Shown piece after piece: positions 51,191-62,927 of a DNA stretch of 64,000 nt. Both the position numbers and the translations under genes were made by a program. Where the stretch lies: positions 49,354,001 through 49,418,000 of the forward strand of contig NW_024704742.1 of NCBI RefSeq assembly GCF_018977255.1, read 5' to 3'. The first letter of the stretch is position 1. Each line of letters begins with the position of its first letter. This stretch comes from Callorhinchus milii (taxonomy: Eukaryota). A model generated the notes under the pieces. The model searched no databases and was not told the DNA's origin. It was given only the letters and a program-made list of their open reading frames with translations.

Positions 51191-51789
51191 GAAATCTAAG
51201 AAAGTGCTGTGTTTTCCAGCTTTCTGTAATTTGAGGAAACAAAACAGACTGCATGAGATAATGCTCTTAAATGATTGGTATAACTTAAAATGACCAGAAT
51301 ACAGTCATGTGATGTGGAACTATTTCAAGCCAGTTATTTTAATTATGTATATGTTATATCTAATTTGATTAATTTTGACCTAAACATAACTCATTATTAT
51401 GCAACCATAAAAGTCTCCTGTAAGATCAAGGCCATATCTTTGTTAATCCTAAATAATTTAACACCAAAGAATTTAGATATCTCACCTTACTTTTAATTAT
51501 TTAACCCCTCTGCTTAAGAATATTCTACCCCTTGCAACAACAACAACTTACATTTGTATATATAGCACCTTACATGTCGGGAGGAGTCCCGAGGTGCTAG
51601 ACAGTCAGGGATTTGAACCCAAGCGGAGGGTTGGGATCAACAGGGAAAAAGCATTAAAATAAAAAACAAGGAAATGTTAATGTGAAAAATGTATCTTTCT
51701 TTTTCTTAGATTGTTTATTTATTTTGTGATTTTGTTTTCCATATTCAGGAAATGTTATGTTAAATACCTCTACATTAGTAACTTCATAG

Positions 51790-52010
51790 AAAGAGAGTTG
51801 TTGGGATAATGCCCTGCCAGGTAAGGTGGTAGAGGCAAAGTTAATTGTGGGTTTCAAGAGGGAAGTATACAGGTATTTGAAAGATGGAGACTTGAAGGGG
51901 TATGGGAATAGGGCCGTGCAGTGAGATTGAAATTAAAGCTTGCTCTGAGAGCTGGTGCAGACACAATGGGCTTAATGGCCTCCTCTGTGCTATAAATCTC
52001 TATGATTCTG
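51790..52010 (+). mobile_element. CR1 LINE 3' end
   Basis: aatgccctgccaggtaaggtggtagaggc...aatggcctcctctgtgctataaatctctatgattct. Confidence 0.75.
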
Positions 52011-52049
52011 TACTGTGATTAAGACTGTCCAATTGAAAGTATTTCTTCA

Positions 52050-52726
52050 ATAATAATAATAATCCTTGCATTTGATATAGTGCCTTATCACGTCTTCTAG
52101 AGTCTCAAAGCTTGTGAATTGACTGTATATTTTGTGGACAAAACACGGCAGCCAATTACACGCAACAGTGTCCCACAAACAGTCATGGATTGAGTGACCA
52201 AATTATTATTGTTATTATTCTTTTTAAGGGATTATTACCCCCAGAAAAGCAATCCGCTAACAACCGGGTTCCTACTTACTGCTAGATAAACAGGGGTGTG
52301 TGGAATAAGGACGTGGAGTCCTGTAGCTCAGTGGTTAGAGCACTCGCTTTGCAAGCGAGAGACCTGAGTTCAATTCCAGGCAGGGCGAAACCTTGGGCAA
52401 GTTTCCTTACTCCACACGCCTAATAATAATCCCTCCAAAACCCAAAACAATAATAAATTGGTCATTTTCAATCTACGACTGTTTGTGGGACATTGCTGTG
52501 CGCAATTGGCTGCCGCGTTCGCCTACAAATATACAGTCAATTCACTTTACAGTGTGTTCTGTGAAGCGCTTTGGGACGTCCTCCCGACGTGAAAAGCGCT
52601 ATATCAAATGCAAGGATTATTATTATTATTATTAAACTTGCCCAACAATTCGCCCTGCCGGGAATTGAACCCAGGTCCTTTTGTTTATGAGACGAGTGCT
52701 CTAACCACTAAGGCATAGGACTCCAC
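52050..52726 (-). mobile_element. tRNA-SINE (minus strand) split by a nested plus-strand copy
   Basis: gtggaataagga (to 52311) and aacttgcccaac (from 52635) are contiguous in the antisense of the intact copy at 47590-47620. Confidence 0.88.
52313..52634 (+). mobile_element. tRNA-derived SINE, short variant, nested insertion
   Basis: Complete head ggagtcctgtagctcagtggttagagc...ttgcaag...gttcaattcc and (ATT)n tail. Confidence 0.92.
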
Positions 52727-52729
52727 ATT

Positions 52730-53177
52730 TAAAAGAATTGTCAATCGCAGAGGGTTAGCGGAAATTACTTTCTTTATGAAATGTTTAGATCTTGAGCTGA
52801 TGGGATCATTCAAATATCCTACCAAGGAGAGCAACTGGTTAAGGATAAATAATGCAGAATGTAAAGTTAGATGGCCATACCGGAGTGTTACTTCAGTTTA
52901 ATTTGGGGCAGTGATAGAGGGAGAAATGTTGCAGAACCTTTCCCCAGAGATCAATATACATTTTCAAAAAATAAGTGACAGCATAGTGCACACAGGGGCG
53001 ACTGCTGTAAAGGGAGCACCTCAAAAATGTGTGCACAACCTGTGTGTGGTAAAGAAATGTAACGTAAACAATGGAATGTTTTTGTATTGTGAGAAAGGGA
53101 AAAATGTAATGTTTTGTTTGTTTTGGATTTTTGTTGTACCAAATATATTTATAAATAAATATATATTTTCAAAAAAG
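52730..53177 (+). mobile_element. Possible eroded Tx1/L1-type LINE 3' end
   Basis: Weak peptide resemblance (ISDSIVHTGATAVK), then a T-rich UTR, AATAAA and an A-run. Confidence 0.3.
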
Positions 53178-53889
53178 GTGCTTGAGTTGAGTGCATGGCA
53201 GAATGGCTTGTGTATAATATGTGAAAGAAAGGAACTTGGCTGGCCAAGTGCTCAGTGACTGTATTTTTGTTACCTCCCCTTTCTCCCTGACTTGGTATTC
53301 ACCCACGCAATTGTTAAGCGCTCCTAGATACTACCCTACATGAAGGGAGCTATGTGAATGCAAGCTGTTGTACTTGTAGATGTGTGATGAGTTGGTTAAA
53401 CTGTTGGTCCAATTTCACAGGTTACAATGAAAGGTGGAAAGCATATTGCATGGCCTCACTACCATACATTTCCTCTGTATTGAAGGTTTGGACTGTGCAG
53501 CAATGCTGACTCAAAAATACTCGAAATCCATGTAATCCAGGAAATGCTGGATGTAAGAGGTTCTTAGTTCTGTGGTCTCATTTTGGCAATTTGTACAAAG
53601 ATCAAGGATCGCACAACAGCAAGCCATACAACTATTTGATAGGAAGCTGGGATGAGTGGTAATATAAATTTTGCCTTTGGTTGTCCCTCCGATGTGAAAG
53701 TCGCCACACAAGTGTAATACAAAATGTGACTTCTTGTTGTTGTTACTAAGTTCTAAAAATGAATCACACACTCGAGTGAGTTGTAAATAGAAAAAGTAAT
53801 CTAATTAATGTGTCTCTCTCAGTCAGCCAAGCTCCTATTAAATCAGTCTGTTTTCATGCTTATTTCGCAATCTTTGCAGCATTTCTGAA

Positions 53890-54140
53890 TTTTTTTTTAG
53901 TCAGCCGAATGTCTGACACATGCGGAAACCCATTCCCATGTTTAAACGTATTCAAACTAAGCTGAGATTTCCATGCATCCCACCTACACATGAAAATCCC
54001 AGGGATAGTTTGTTAGAATAGAATGGAATAGAATCTCCCTGGATGTCACATCCTGCTTACCTAATTCTGCAAAATATTAGGCGCAGGTTGGCAAATGTCC
54101 AATCTTCAGGAAGATACAATCTTCAAACCACTGGGCCTAC
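53890..54140 (-). mobile_element. Unassigned structured element, 3' half
   Basis: T-run-agtcagccgaatgtctgacacatgcggaaacccattcccatg...gagatttccatgcatcccacctacacatgaaaatccc...cctgcttacctaat...gcaggttggcaa. Confidence 0.85.
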
Positions 54141-54378
54141 ATCAAGCCTATGCTCTCAAACAAGAATACTGAATGCACTCCCCTCTATATCGTCTTCAGC
54201 ACACGTGAGACATGAAGGGCTAAATGGAAATCTAATTAGAAAAGTCTTGTGAAACAAAGAAAAAAGGGAAAATAATATAATGTCAGACTGTTTATAACCC
54301 TTCAGAATGTCAAAAGATTTAAAGGGAAGGGTTGGGGAAACAAATTCTAACCAGTATTACTAATATTTTTATTACCCA

Positions 54379-55552
54379 CAACAACAATCACAACAACAAC
54401 AAATTACATTTACATAACGCCTTTCCCTTAGGAGGAAGTCCCAAGGCGCTGGACAGTCAGGGATCTCAACCTGAGCAGGGGTTTGGGATCAGGAGAGGGT
54501 GGAGGATAGGGAGGATAGCGATAGGAAAGTGTCCATAGGCACGGTAGAAGAAGAGGGTCTTGAGACGTGCCTTGAAGGAGACAAGGGAGCGAGCAAGACG
54601 AAGGGACTGTGGGATGGAGTTCCAAAGGGTAGAGAGGCTGAAGGCCCGACCACCGATGGTGGGGCTTGCTGGACTGGGCAAGGGATGTGGAGCAGGCTGG
54701 AACCTGCTGAGTGGAGGGAGCGGACAGGTTGATCTGCGTTAGCACGTCACAAAGTAGGAAGGAGCAAGGCCGTGGAGGGCTTTGAAAGCGAGGACGAGGA
54801 TTTTGAACTTTATCCTCTGGGGGATGGGGAGCCAGTGGAGTTGGGTGTGTGTTGGGGTGAAAGGATCATGGAACCTAATGTGGGAGAGGACACTAGCTAC
54901 AGAGTTCTGGATGATCTGCAGCTTATGAAGGGAAGAGTTGGGAATACTGAAAAGCAAGGAGCTGGCACCGTCAAGCCTAAATGTAATATATGCATGGATG
55001 AGGGTTTCAGTGGCTTGAGGGGTGAGGCAGTGGTGGAGCCGGGTGATGTTGCAGAGATGGGGGAAAGCAGACTGAGTCATGGCATGGATGTGGGGTAGAA
55101 AGAATAGTTGAGGGTCAAACAAGATGCCAAGGTTCTGGACTGGCTCAGTGAGGTGGAGTGTGCAACGATGGATGGTGATGCTGTCAGCGCCTGAGGTGAG
55201 GAGGCGCTGACGGGAGCCAACCAGGAGAGCCTCAGTTTTGTTAGCGTTCAACTGGAGAAAGTTAGCTCTCATCCAGGACTTGATGTCTGACAGACATTCT
55301 GTCAGGACAGCAGTGGTTCTGGAGTCAAGGGTGGAGGCAGAGAGATAGAGTTGGGTATCATCTGCATACATGTGGAAGTTGACCCCATGTCTGCGAATGA
55401 TGTCACCAAAAGGGAGGGGACCAAGGACACAGCCTTGAGGAACGCCACACAAGACGGTCCGGGGGCTAGAAGAGAAGCCGTTTTTGGAGACAACCAGTCA
55501 AGGACAGGGCCATGAAGGTTGAGGTGAGAGGAGAGGCGGTGAAGGAGGATAG
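54379..55552 (-). mobile_element. L2 LINE, 5'-truncated
   Basis: CGVPQGCVLGP...[13 protein letters not shown]...LHWLPIPQRIKFKIL...FKARLKTLFF. Confidence 0.95.
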
Positions 55553-56524
55553 AACAAAATTAAAGATACAATGTAAAATTAAGCAAACTTGAATCAAAGA
55601 GGCACACTATCAATAGATGTTTTGGGTGGCAATTTGTTATCGAAAGTGAGAAGCAAGCGGTAAAGGCAGAAAAGTTTAATTGTTAAAAAGGAAAGGAATG
55701 TGTAAGAATATTACTAAATCCGTGCCGGATTTACTGTGAGCTCCAGCCACCACCTTGAACACTGGGCCACTAAGTGATACAAGACAGTGGGTGCCCCCAA
55801 GTGTTGTGTTAAGGCACTGCATGGCTCAAGAGAGTTGAACTTTTTGGGGTAATCTGTTTATAAAATAAGTTTATTGATACCTAGCTTTGAATCAATTTAA
55901 TTTCCTGTTTGATTTTGTTACAGTGGATGAATTATGATTATAAAGCCAAGTGCATGTTTAGGTGGAGCTCTACTCTTAGACTCTTATGCTGTGTTCATAC
56001 AACACAGTTAATGGTGAGTCTGGGAAAACTGTGAAATCTGTGCAAAATGTGCAGTATATATTGATATTGAGTTAGTTTGGCTGCCGCATTCGCCTACAGA
56101 ATAAGCAGTCAGGTTCCTTTACAGTATATCCTGACCAGTACTTTGAAACATATTCCCTACGTGAAAGCCATTGTATCAAAATGCATGATACTGAGTCTCT
56201 TAGGGCTGGAAAGCTGGTTGGACCAACAAACTGGTTCAGCAGACTGCACAAGAAATCCAGGGGAAATTTTTCTCACATTGTGAAAGAGCCGGCTCCAGGA
56301 CAAGCCCTTCAATAACATAAGAAATACACATCCAATCTGGTCTTAATTTTTTTTCACATGTATAGTGCATTCAATTTAATTGCACATCAGATATTGCATA
56401 CTTCATTTAATGGCATAGCAATTTCTAGGTATTGAAATTTTACTTTTTATTTGCATTCCACTCAAATCAAATATTTTCTGAATTTGCTTAATTGCATGAA
56501 AACTAGCCAGTTGATTTCATTTGT

Positions 56525-56852
56525 GGGCTGTCACTCTAATGCTGTGTTGGAGGTGTGCTTTATTATTGGGGATGCCATTCTTTGGATTAGATTTTAAATT
56601 GAGGTCCTGTCTACATATTCCAGTGGACATTAAAGATCCCATGGCACAACTGGAAGAGAGTTTATCCCAGTGTCCTGGTCATCAATCTCCCAAATAAATT
56701 AGTCATTCACTTCATGACTGTTTGTTAGTTCTTGCTGTGTGCAAATTGGTTGTTGCGTTCACCTATAAAATACACTTTGCAGCATATCATATAAGATGTC
56801 TTCTTGACTTTGAGACATCCTCCTGATGTGAAAGGACCTATATAAAATGCAA
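56525..56852 (+). mobile_element. Deu-domain SINE fragment
   Basis: gtggacattaaagatcccatggcac...gtgtcctgg and an L2-type tail. Confidence 0.7.
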
Positions 56853-57117
56853 AAAAATATTATTTGTAGTATGTCACTCTTTCCACTAGGCGGGGATAGT
56901 GTGCTTTAGTTTAACGCAGTGTTGCTCCAAGACTTGGCTACCATGAAAAATTGTTCACAAGAAACTGTGTTGTCAATACAAATAGCAAGGAACCTCTTAA
57001 AGGAAAAAGAAATAGGGTTTTATTCAGACCATTTAAAATTATTGCAAAAACCAAACACAAAATGGATGTGTCCTTTAACTTTCATTCCCACTGGAATCAC
57101 TGAATCTTTCACCTTTT

Positions 57118-57376
57118 TGGGAGAGCCTTCAGCCACTCTGCCCTAAACCTCTGGAATTCCATCCCCCAGTCACTCCGCCTCGCCCCCTCCTTAGCCTCAT
57201 TCAAGTCCCGCCTCAAGACCCTCCTCTTCGACCATATCATCGGCCATCCCCCTTCCCCTCCCCTCCATTCTCCCCCCCTGACCCCAGTTCGGGTCTGAAA
57301 TGCTATACACTGTGCAGCGCCTTGGGACGTCCTCCCGATGTGAAAGGCGCTATACAAATGTAATCTTGTTGTTGTT
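57118..57376 (+). mobile_element. L2 LINE 3' end
   Basis: gagagccttcagcc...ttcaagtcccgcctcaagacc...gcgccttgggacgtcctcccgatgtgaaaggcgctat...(TTG)n. Confidence 0.9.
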
Positions 57377-57379
57377 TTG

Positions 57380-58695
57380 AAATGATGGACTGCCTCGAAT
57401 CCAAAATCAAGGGGATCCGTTCGGCTACCTCTCCCCCGTCCACCACTACCCCCTCGCCACTTCCCCTTCATGCCCCGGCTCCCACCCATCCCTCCCTAGA
57501 CACCTTTGACCCCGTTTCCCCCTCATCCCTCACCTCCATCATCTCAAAAATTAAGCCCACCCACCTGCTCCCTCAACCACATCGCTACCCCTCTTCTCCC
57601 CTCCCCACCTCCAGGCCCCTCTTTTAACCAACATTATCAACCTCTCCTTATCCAGTGGCAATGTTCCTACCCCCCTAAAAACAGCTGTCATCATACCCAT
57701 CCTCAAAAAGTCTTCCCTGGATCCATCCCTACCCACCAGCTATCACCCAGTCTCCAACCTCCCATTCCTCTCCAAGGCCATGGAAAGAGTCATCGCGTCC
57801 CAGCTTCACTCTTTCCTCTCCCGCCATTCCCTCTCTGAACTCCTCCAACTGTTTTTTTTTGCTCCATGACATGCACTAACTGAACATCTCCCCGGCCCTC
57901 CCCCCTCACCTCTCCCGCCTCCTCCCCTCCCCCCCCTCCTCCCTCCCCCCCCCCCCTCCCCCCCCCTCCCCCCCCCCATTCTGGCCTCCTCTGCCCCCTT
58001 CCTATACTCCTCTACTCCGCAACTGTCACTTACTTTTTTTCTGCCTCCACTGACTCCCACTGTGTCCTATTGACTGAAGTACTGATGGACTAACGAAAAA
58101 CGATCCCTCCGTACTTTGGTTGAATGGGTCTCTTCTCCGTCCATACCTGCACACTCTCCATATCCTACTCTCCACAAGGACCTGGTGCAGACCAATTCCA
58201 TCGCCAGAAAATACCCCATCTGGAATGCCCCGTTGTTCCCACTCCTTCCTCCACAGCTCAAATCTAGGGCCTCCCGCACTAGGCTCCATGACCCTATCAC
58301 CCCCATCCTCGCCCGACTCCACTGGCTTCCCATCACACAGCGGACACAGTTCAAGAGCCCTCCATTGGCTTGCTCCCCCTTACCTCTATGACCTTCTAAC
58401 CTCCTACGAACCTGCCTGCTCCCTCCGCTCAGCGGGCGGAGGGAGCGGGCAGCGGCCTGCTTCACGTCCCCCACCTCGCCCGCCCCACTATTGGTGGATG
58501 GGCCTTCTGCCACCCTCTGGAGCTCCATCCCGCAGTCCTTCTGCCTCACCCCTCTCTTGCCTCCTTCAAGACCTGTTTCAAGACACTCCTCTTCGACTGT
58601 GCCTTCGGTCACCTTCCATCCCCCCTGCCCTCCACCCTCCCTGATTCCAACCCCCAGCGCGGGTCCAAAAGTGAAGTCTTCCCGATGTGAAAGAA
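57380..58695 (+). mobile_element. L2 LINE remnant with an anomalous middle section
   Basis: 57380-57845 parallels 27718-28190 and 58270-58695 parallels the L2 3' end. The middle is barely alignable. Confidence 0.75.
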
Positions 58696-59244
58696 AGTAA
58701 TTTTGTTATTTTGTGTTGTTGTGTTTTTTCTATTTGTGTATTAAAACATTTTTTTTTTGTCAGGTGGATGCCTGACTCACAAGTATCCAAATCCCAGGAT
58801 AAGAATTCAACATATTCATACTACAAGAAATTTCCCTGCATCTGGAAGGTAATGCATATCCTCTTTCTGGAAAAGTATTAGGCACAAGTTGTCGAGAGCC
58901 AAGGGTTGGCGACCTCCGAGTGTGTTGATCCTTTGGAGTTCAGTGAAACTAACCAATGTAGAACAGACTAGGAGTGACCAGTCACAAACAAATGTACCTT
59001 TAAATATAGATTAGTGTGCGTCAATAAGCACATCAATACATCAATAAGAAAATTCATATAAATAAATGTTGCAGTGTTTGTGCAGTCAGCTATCACATTG
59101 AGTGATGTAGTGAATATGCTATAATACAGTGCAACACTTTAGTATCAGATCCAGAGCAGCTTTTATTAATCAAGTAGTTCTACAATTTCTGGTAGAAGAC
59201 CATTGGATTCCCAGTCTGAATGTCTACATTTCAATCCCAGTCTT

Positions 59245-59824
59245 TGTCATCATTTGTGTCAGTCCTTTGTCAGTACATATGTCAGTACGTAGCCCCTGTT
59301 GTCTGGTTTTCGTCCTGCCAACAGCACAGAGACAGCGCTTGTTAAAGTCACAAATAACATTCTCTCTATCTGTGACCAGGGCTCCCTCTGCCTCCTCGTC
59401 CTCCTGGATTTCACACAAATGTACTTTGCCTCCTCCAGTACTAACTCCAGATGCACCGATATTCTATCAGCCTGTCTGGCAGACATCAGGGCTTGGATGA
59501 GTGTGAACTTCCGGCAGCTGAAATGTGGACAAGACGGAAGCCATACTCCTTGGTTCCCATCAACTTCTTCACTCCTGCGGATCTAAACTCCTCACTGAGC
59601 CGTTGCGTAACCTAGGTAGCTGTCCTTCCTCCCCCACAAAAGGACCACCTTCTTCCACCTCCACCACATTGCCCGCCTCTGACCGTACCTTACCCCAAAT
59701 GCAGCCGAAACCCTTGTGCATGCGTTTGTCACCTCTTGCATGGACTACTTGAACGCATTCCTCGCCAGTGTCCCCAGCTCCATTATTCGTGGAGGGCGCT
59801 ATGTAAGTGCAAGTTGTTGTTGTT
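59245..59824 (+). mobile_element. L2 LINE fragments with internal deletions
   Basis: [47 protein letters not shown]; (TTG)n tail. Confidence 0.85.
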
Positions 59825-60284
59825 TAATAATGATGAGTTTCATTAGCTCTCATCTGAGCCACTAGATGTAGCACTTCACTATCATTGGCGTGTTGCTGGG
59901 TTTCAGAGAGAGAAAACTGTTCAGGTTAACTTTGATGGTTATGCCCACAAAAGTGTGGCTCTGATGGTTAAAATAATTGCAAAGTAGCATTGTGAAGGCC
60001 TACTAAGAAGCCTACAGTCTGAACGATTATACTCCATTACATGAAGGAAAGGGCACGCATGAGAGATCTACCCAGCAAAAATGTTTAAACAAAATAACGA
60101 ACATTTATCGAAAATCTGTGTTCTTGTTTCAATAAAGCAAGAGGTAAGGAACACTTACATAATCTGGTAAATAATAGATCAATTTCAGAAGCCAGAAATG
60201 TAAGGAACCACACATTCAGCAGGCAGTAGCTTTATTGCACTCACAATTCACTCACGACCAATTAACAAGCCTATTAGCAAGTAA

Positions 60285-60530
60285 AAATAAAATGCTTGCA
60301 TTTGATACAGCATCTTTTCACGTCAAAATATCTTGAAGTGCTTACTGTTACGTGTGGTGGATCTGTAGGTGAACAGGCAGCCAATTGGTTCACAGAAATG
60401 TCCAACAAACAACCACAAAGTGAATTAACCAATTTCACCTGAGGGGTTGTTGGCCAGGACACAGGGAGAAACTATATATTCTTTTTGAATTGTGCTATGC
60501 AAGCTTTAACAACCACTTAAACAGGCAGAT
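60285..60530 (-). mobile_element. Deu-domain SINE 3' part
   Basis: cttgcatttgatacagc...gttggccaggacacagggagaaact. Confidence 0.7.
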
Positions 60531-62364
60531 GGGAAAACATCTTGCTATTTTTCAAGACTAATTTGTGACTTTTACTTGCCGTTTGTGCTCTTGCATTATT
60601 TCTTATGACTCTGGAACTTGTAAATTTCTCTGGTCACATGAAGTGGGAAGTGTCAATAATGTAAAATATTTGAGCTATTTTTATTTTTATCCCAATTTTC
60701 ACCCCTTATCTCACCTCTCTTTCCCATTGCTGTTTCTAGGTATCTGCAGCTTTCATTATGTCAGGTTGGAATGTGATGCTTCATTGGAATCTTTTCCATG
60801 TCTCATGCAAACACTTTTCTCCCTCTCCTCCACTCTCTCATAAAACTTCCATGTAGACTCTATCTCCCACCCCATACCATGTTATTCCACCCTGTATTCC
60901 TACACAGACTTTGATCTTTTCTCAAAGTAAACTCCATCATTTGTTAAGGCATAAAGAAGCGAGCACCCAGCTTTGCAGAGAAGGAGGTTGAGCAATTCTG
61001 GGGCCAAACACCTTAACCATATAACATGGTAATTTTCTCCCATTACCTTGTTCCAAGTCTGCTCCTTTGCTTGAATCAAATGTTATCTGTGTGGAGACTT
61101 CATTTTGTACTCTTACTCTGTGACTGTGGGTAAGGCTTCTTAGTGCAAAGTGAATGTGAATTGGTGCAATGTGAATGCAGCTCTAAACTGCACTCAGTGA
61201 CATTTCACCTAACTGAGAGTGCTTCATACTATAATTGGATTATTCTGTGGACAACTGTTTGCATTGCCTAGCCAGTTTTCCAAGCTAATTCGGCTTCAAC
61301 ATTTTCAAAAGTCTCACACGTTTCAATCATGGGTTGCCAGCAATGGAACTATTCTATTTCCTTATTGAGACCTAATTTATTGCAATAGAACCCAGAGCAG
61401 ATTTGCTTTAATTTGGCTCAATTATTAATTTAACAATCTTAATGAAATATAAGATGGAGCCGCTCCATAAATTGCTTGATAAAAAACATGAAACTTCCAT
61501 TTAATCCTGACATATCCTTGGCTGCGTGCATTTTTCATTGAAGTACTCAGATTGTACCTCATTAATCGGTGGGAAATTGCATAATCTGTCCCTCTAAGGG
61601 TCCCTCCCTCCCTTAATCAATTTCTATCTTTCTCCATCATTCCTCCCTCCATTCCTTGAACCATTCCTCCCTCCTTCATCCCTCCTAACAGAATAACGGA
61701 ATAAGCTCGAGGGTCTGAATGTCCTGCTCCTGATCCTAGGAACTCAGCAGTTCACAGATGATTCATGTGGCAACTCTTCCTTGAACAGTTTGAATATAGA
61801 GTTCTTTCTTACTCAGTTAGGTCAGGGTGTCAAACTAATTTGGCTTTTAGGGCTGGAGGCGTAGATACATGTAAATCAAGGAGCCGGGTAGCTGGTTTAT
61901 ACTAGGATTAGATTTGAATCCAATGTGCAGGATTGATTGGCACACATTAACTAAAACCACAATATTTCCCAGTACAAAGTATTGGACAATGCTTCTTCAT
62001 CACTCAATCTGACTTGTATCACACTGGATTGACAGCGGAGGTCAGCTATATATCTCCCTGAATTAGTTAAGGAATTACCTCTCGAGTCAGCCAAAGTTAC
62101 CTTAACAGCTTACATGTTGCCCTTCTGTCAGCTTCAGGTAACTGACTTTCCTCCTGAAGATCATTTGCCTGAGGTAATAATAATAAATTAATAATAATAA
62201 TAATAATAAATTCAATTCTAAGATACATTCATTTGCACCGAAAATAGTTTAAACATTTCAGCACCTAGTTTAAGCAGGTTACATTGCATTTCAATACCTT
62301 AAAATACTCTTTTAAGGTTACAAACGTGCATGTCTGGAAGGATATCAGTCCTTTTATGCTATCT

Positions 62365-62927
62365 TAAGTGGGGTCTCCTTGGAGCTGAACTGGCTCCAAG
62401 GTGACATGTCTGGCAATGGAATGTAGGAATCGAGCTCTGTGGTGTTCCTGGTAGTCCGGTTCCTGAGCCAGTCGTGTCCACAGTATTCCAGGGCACTGCT
62501 GATGACAGCACAGCCAGCCTGGTGCATCGGCAGGACTTGCAAGAGCAGACCAGTCACTGGGGGCAGGGAGTCATCCCACTCAGCTCCTATTAACCCTGCA
62601 AGCCAAAACCCTAATGCGGTAGGGTGGTCCTACCAGGACAAGCAGCAAGAAAGCTTGCCAGACAGCAATATCAATGGCAAGCTATATAGTTTTAGTTGGT
62701 TAGACTCCAGCGCACATACTGGGGTCCCCAAGCTTTTGTTCTTGCCAACCTGCACCTAGTACTTTGCCGGATTAGGTAAGCAGGATGTGTCCCTCCAAGG
62801 AGAGAGTGCGCATTTCATTCCAACAATCTATCTCTGGGATTTCCATGTGTAGGTGAGATGCATGGAAATCTCAGCTTGATTTGGATACTCTTAAGCATGA
62901 TGTCAGACACCCAGCTGGCTAAAAAAA
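62365..62927 (+). mobile_element. Unassigned structured ~560-bp A-tailed element, most complete copy
   Basis: Reference copy for eight other loci in the window. Hairpins at 62377-62401, 62496-62533 and 62836-62872. Ends in A7. No recognisable A/B box, TIR or coding similarity. Confidence 0.85.

Noticed and set aside
52315..52390. tRNA gene (Ala-like, TGC loop), also at 19850, 23738 and 47517
   Set aside because: Each continues into a SINE body and L2-type tail, and the anticodon region varies between copies. These are SINE heads.
61823..61860. hAT-like terminus cagggtgtcaaact
   Set aside because: No matching inverted terminus or TSD found nearby.
62496..62533. CTGATGA in the unassigned element as a hammerhead core, SECIS or box C
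   Set aside because: The motif is paired with TCATC(A/G)GCAG. No stem II-GAAA follows, and I see no SECIS apical AA with GA quartet or matching D box.
62590..62616. Telomerase RNA template (taaccct, aaccctaa)
   Set aside because: Lies in a multicopy dispersed repeat, is not conserved among copies, and no pseudoknot or H/ACA domain was recognised.
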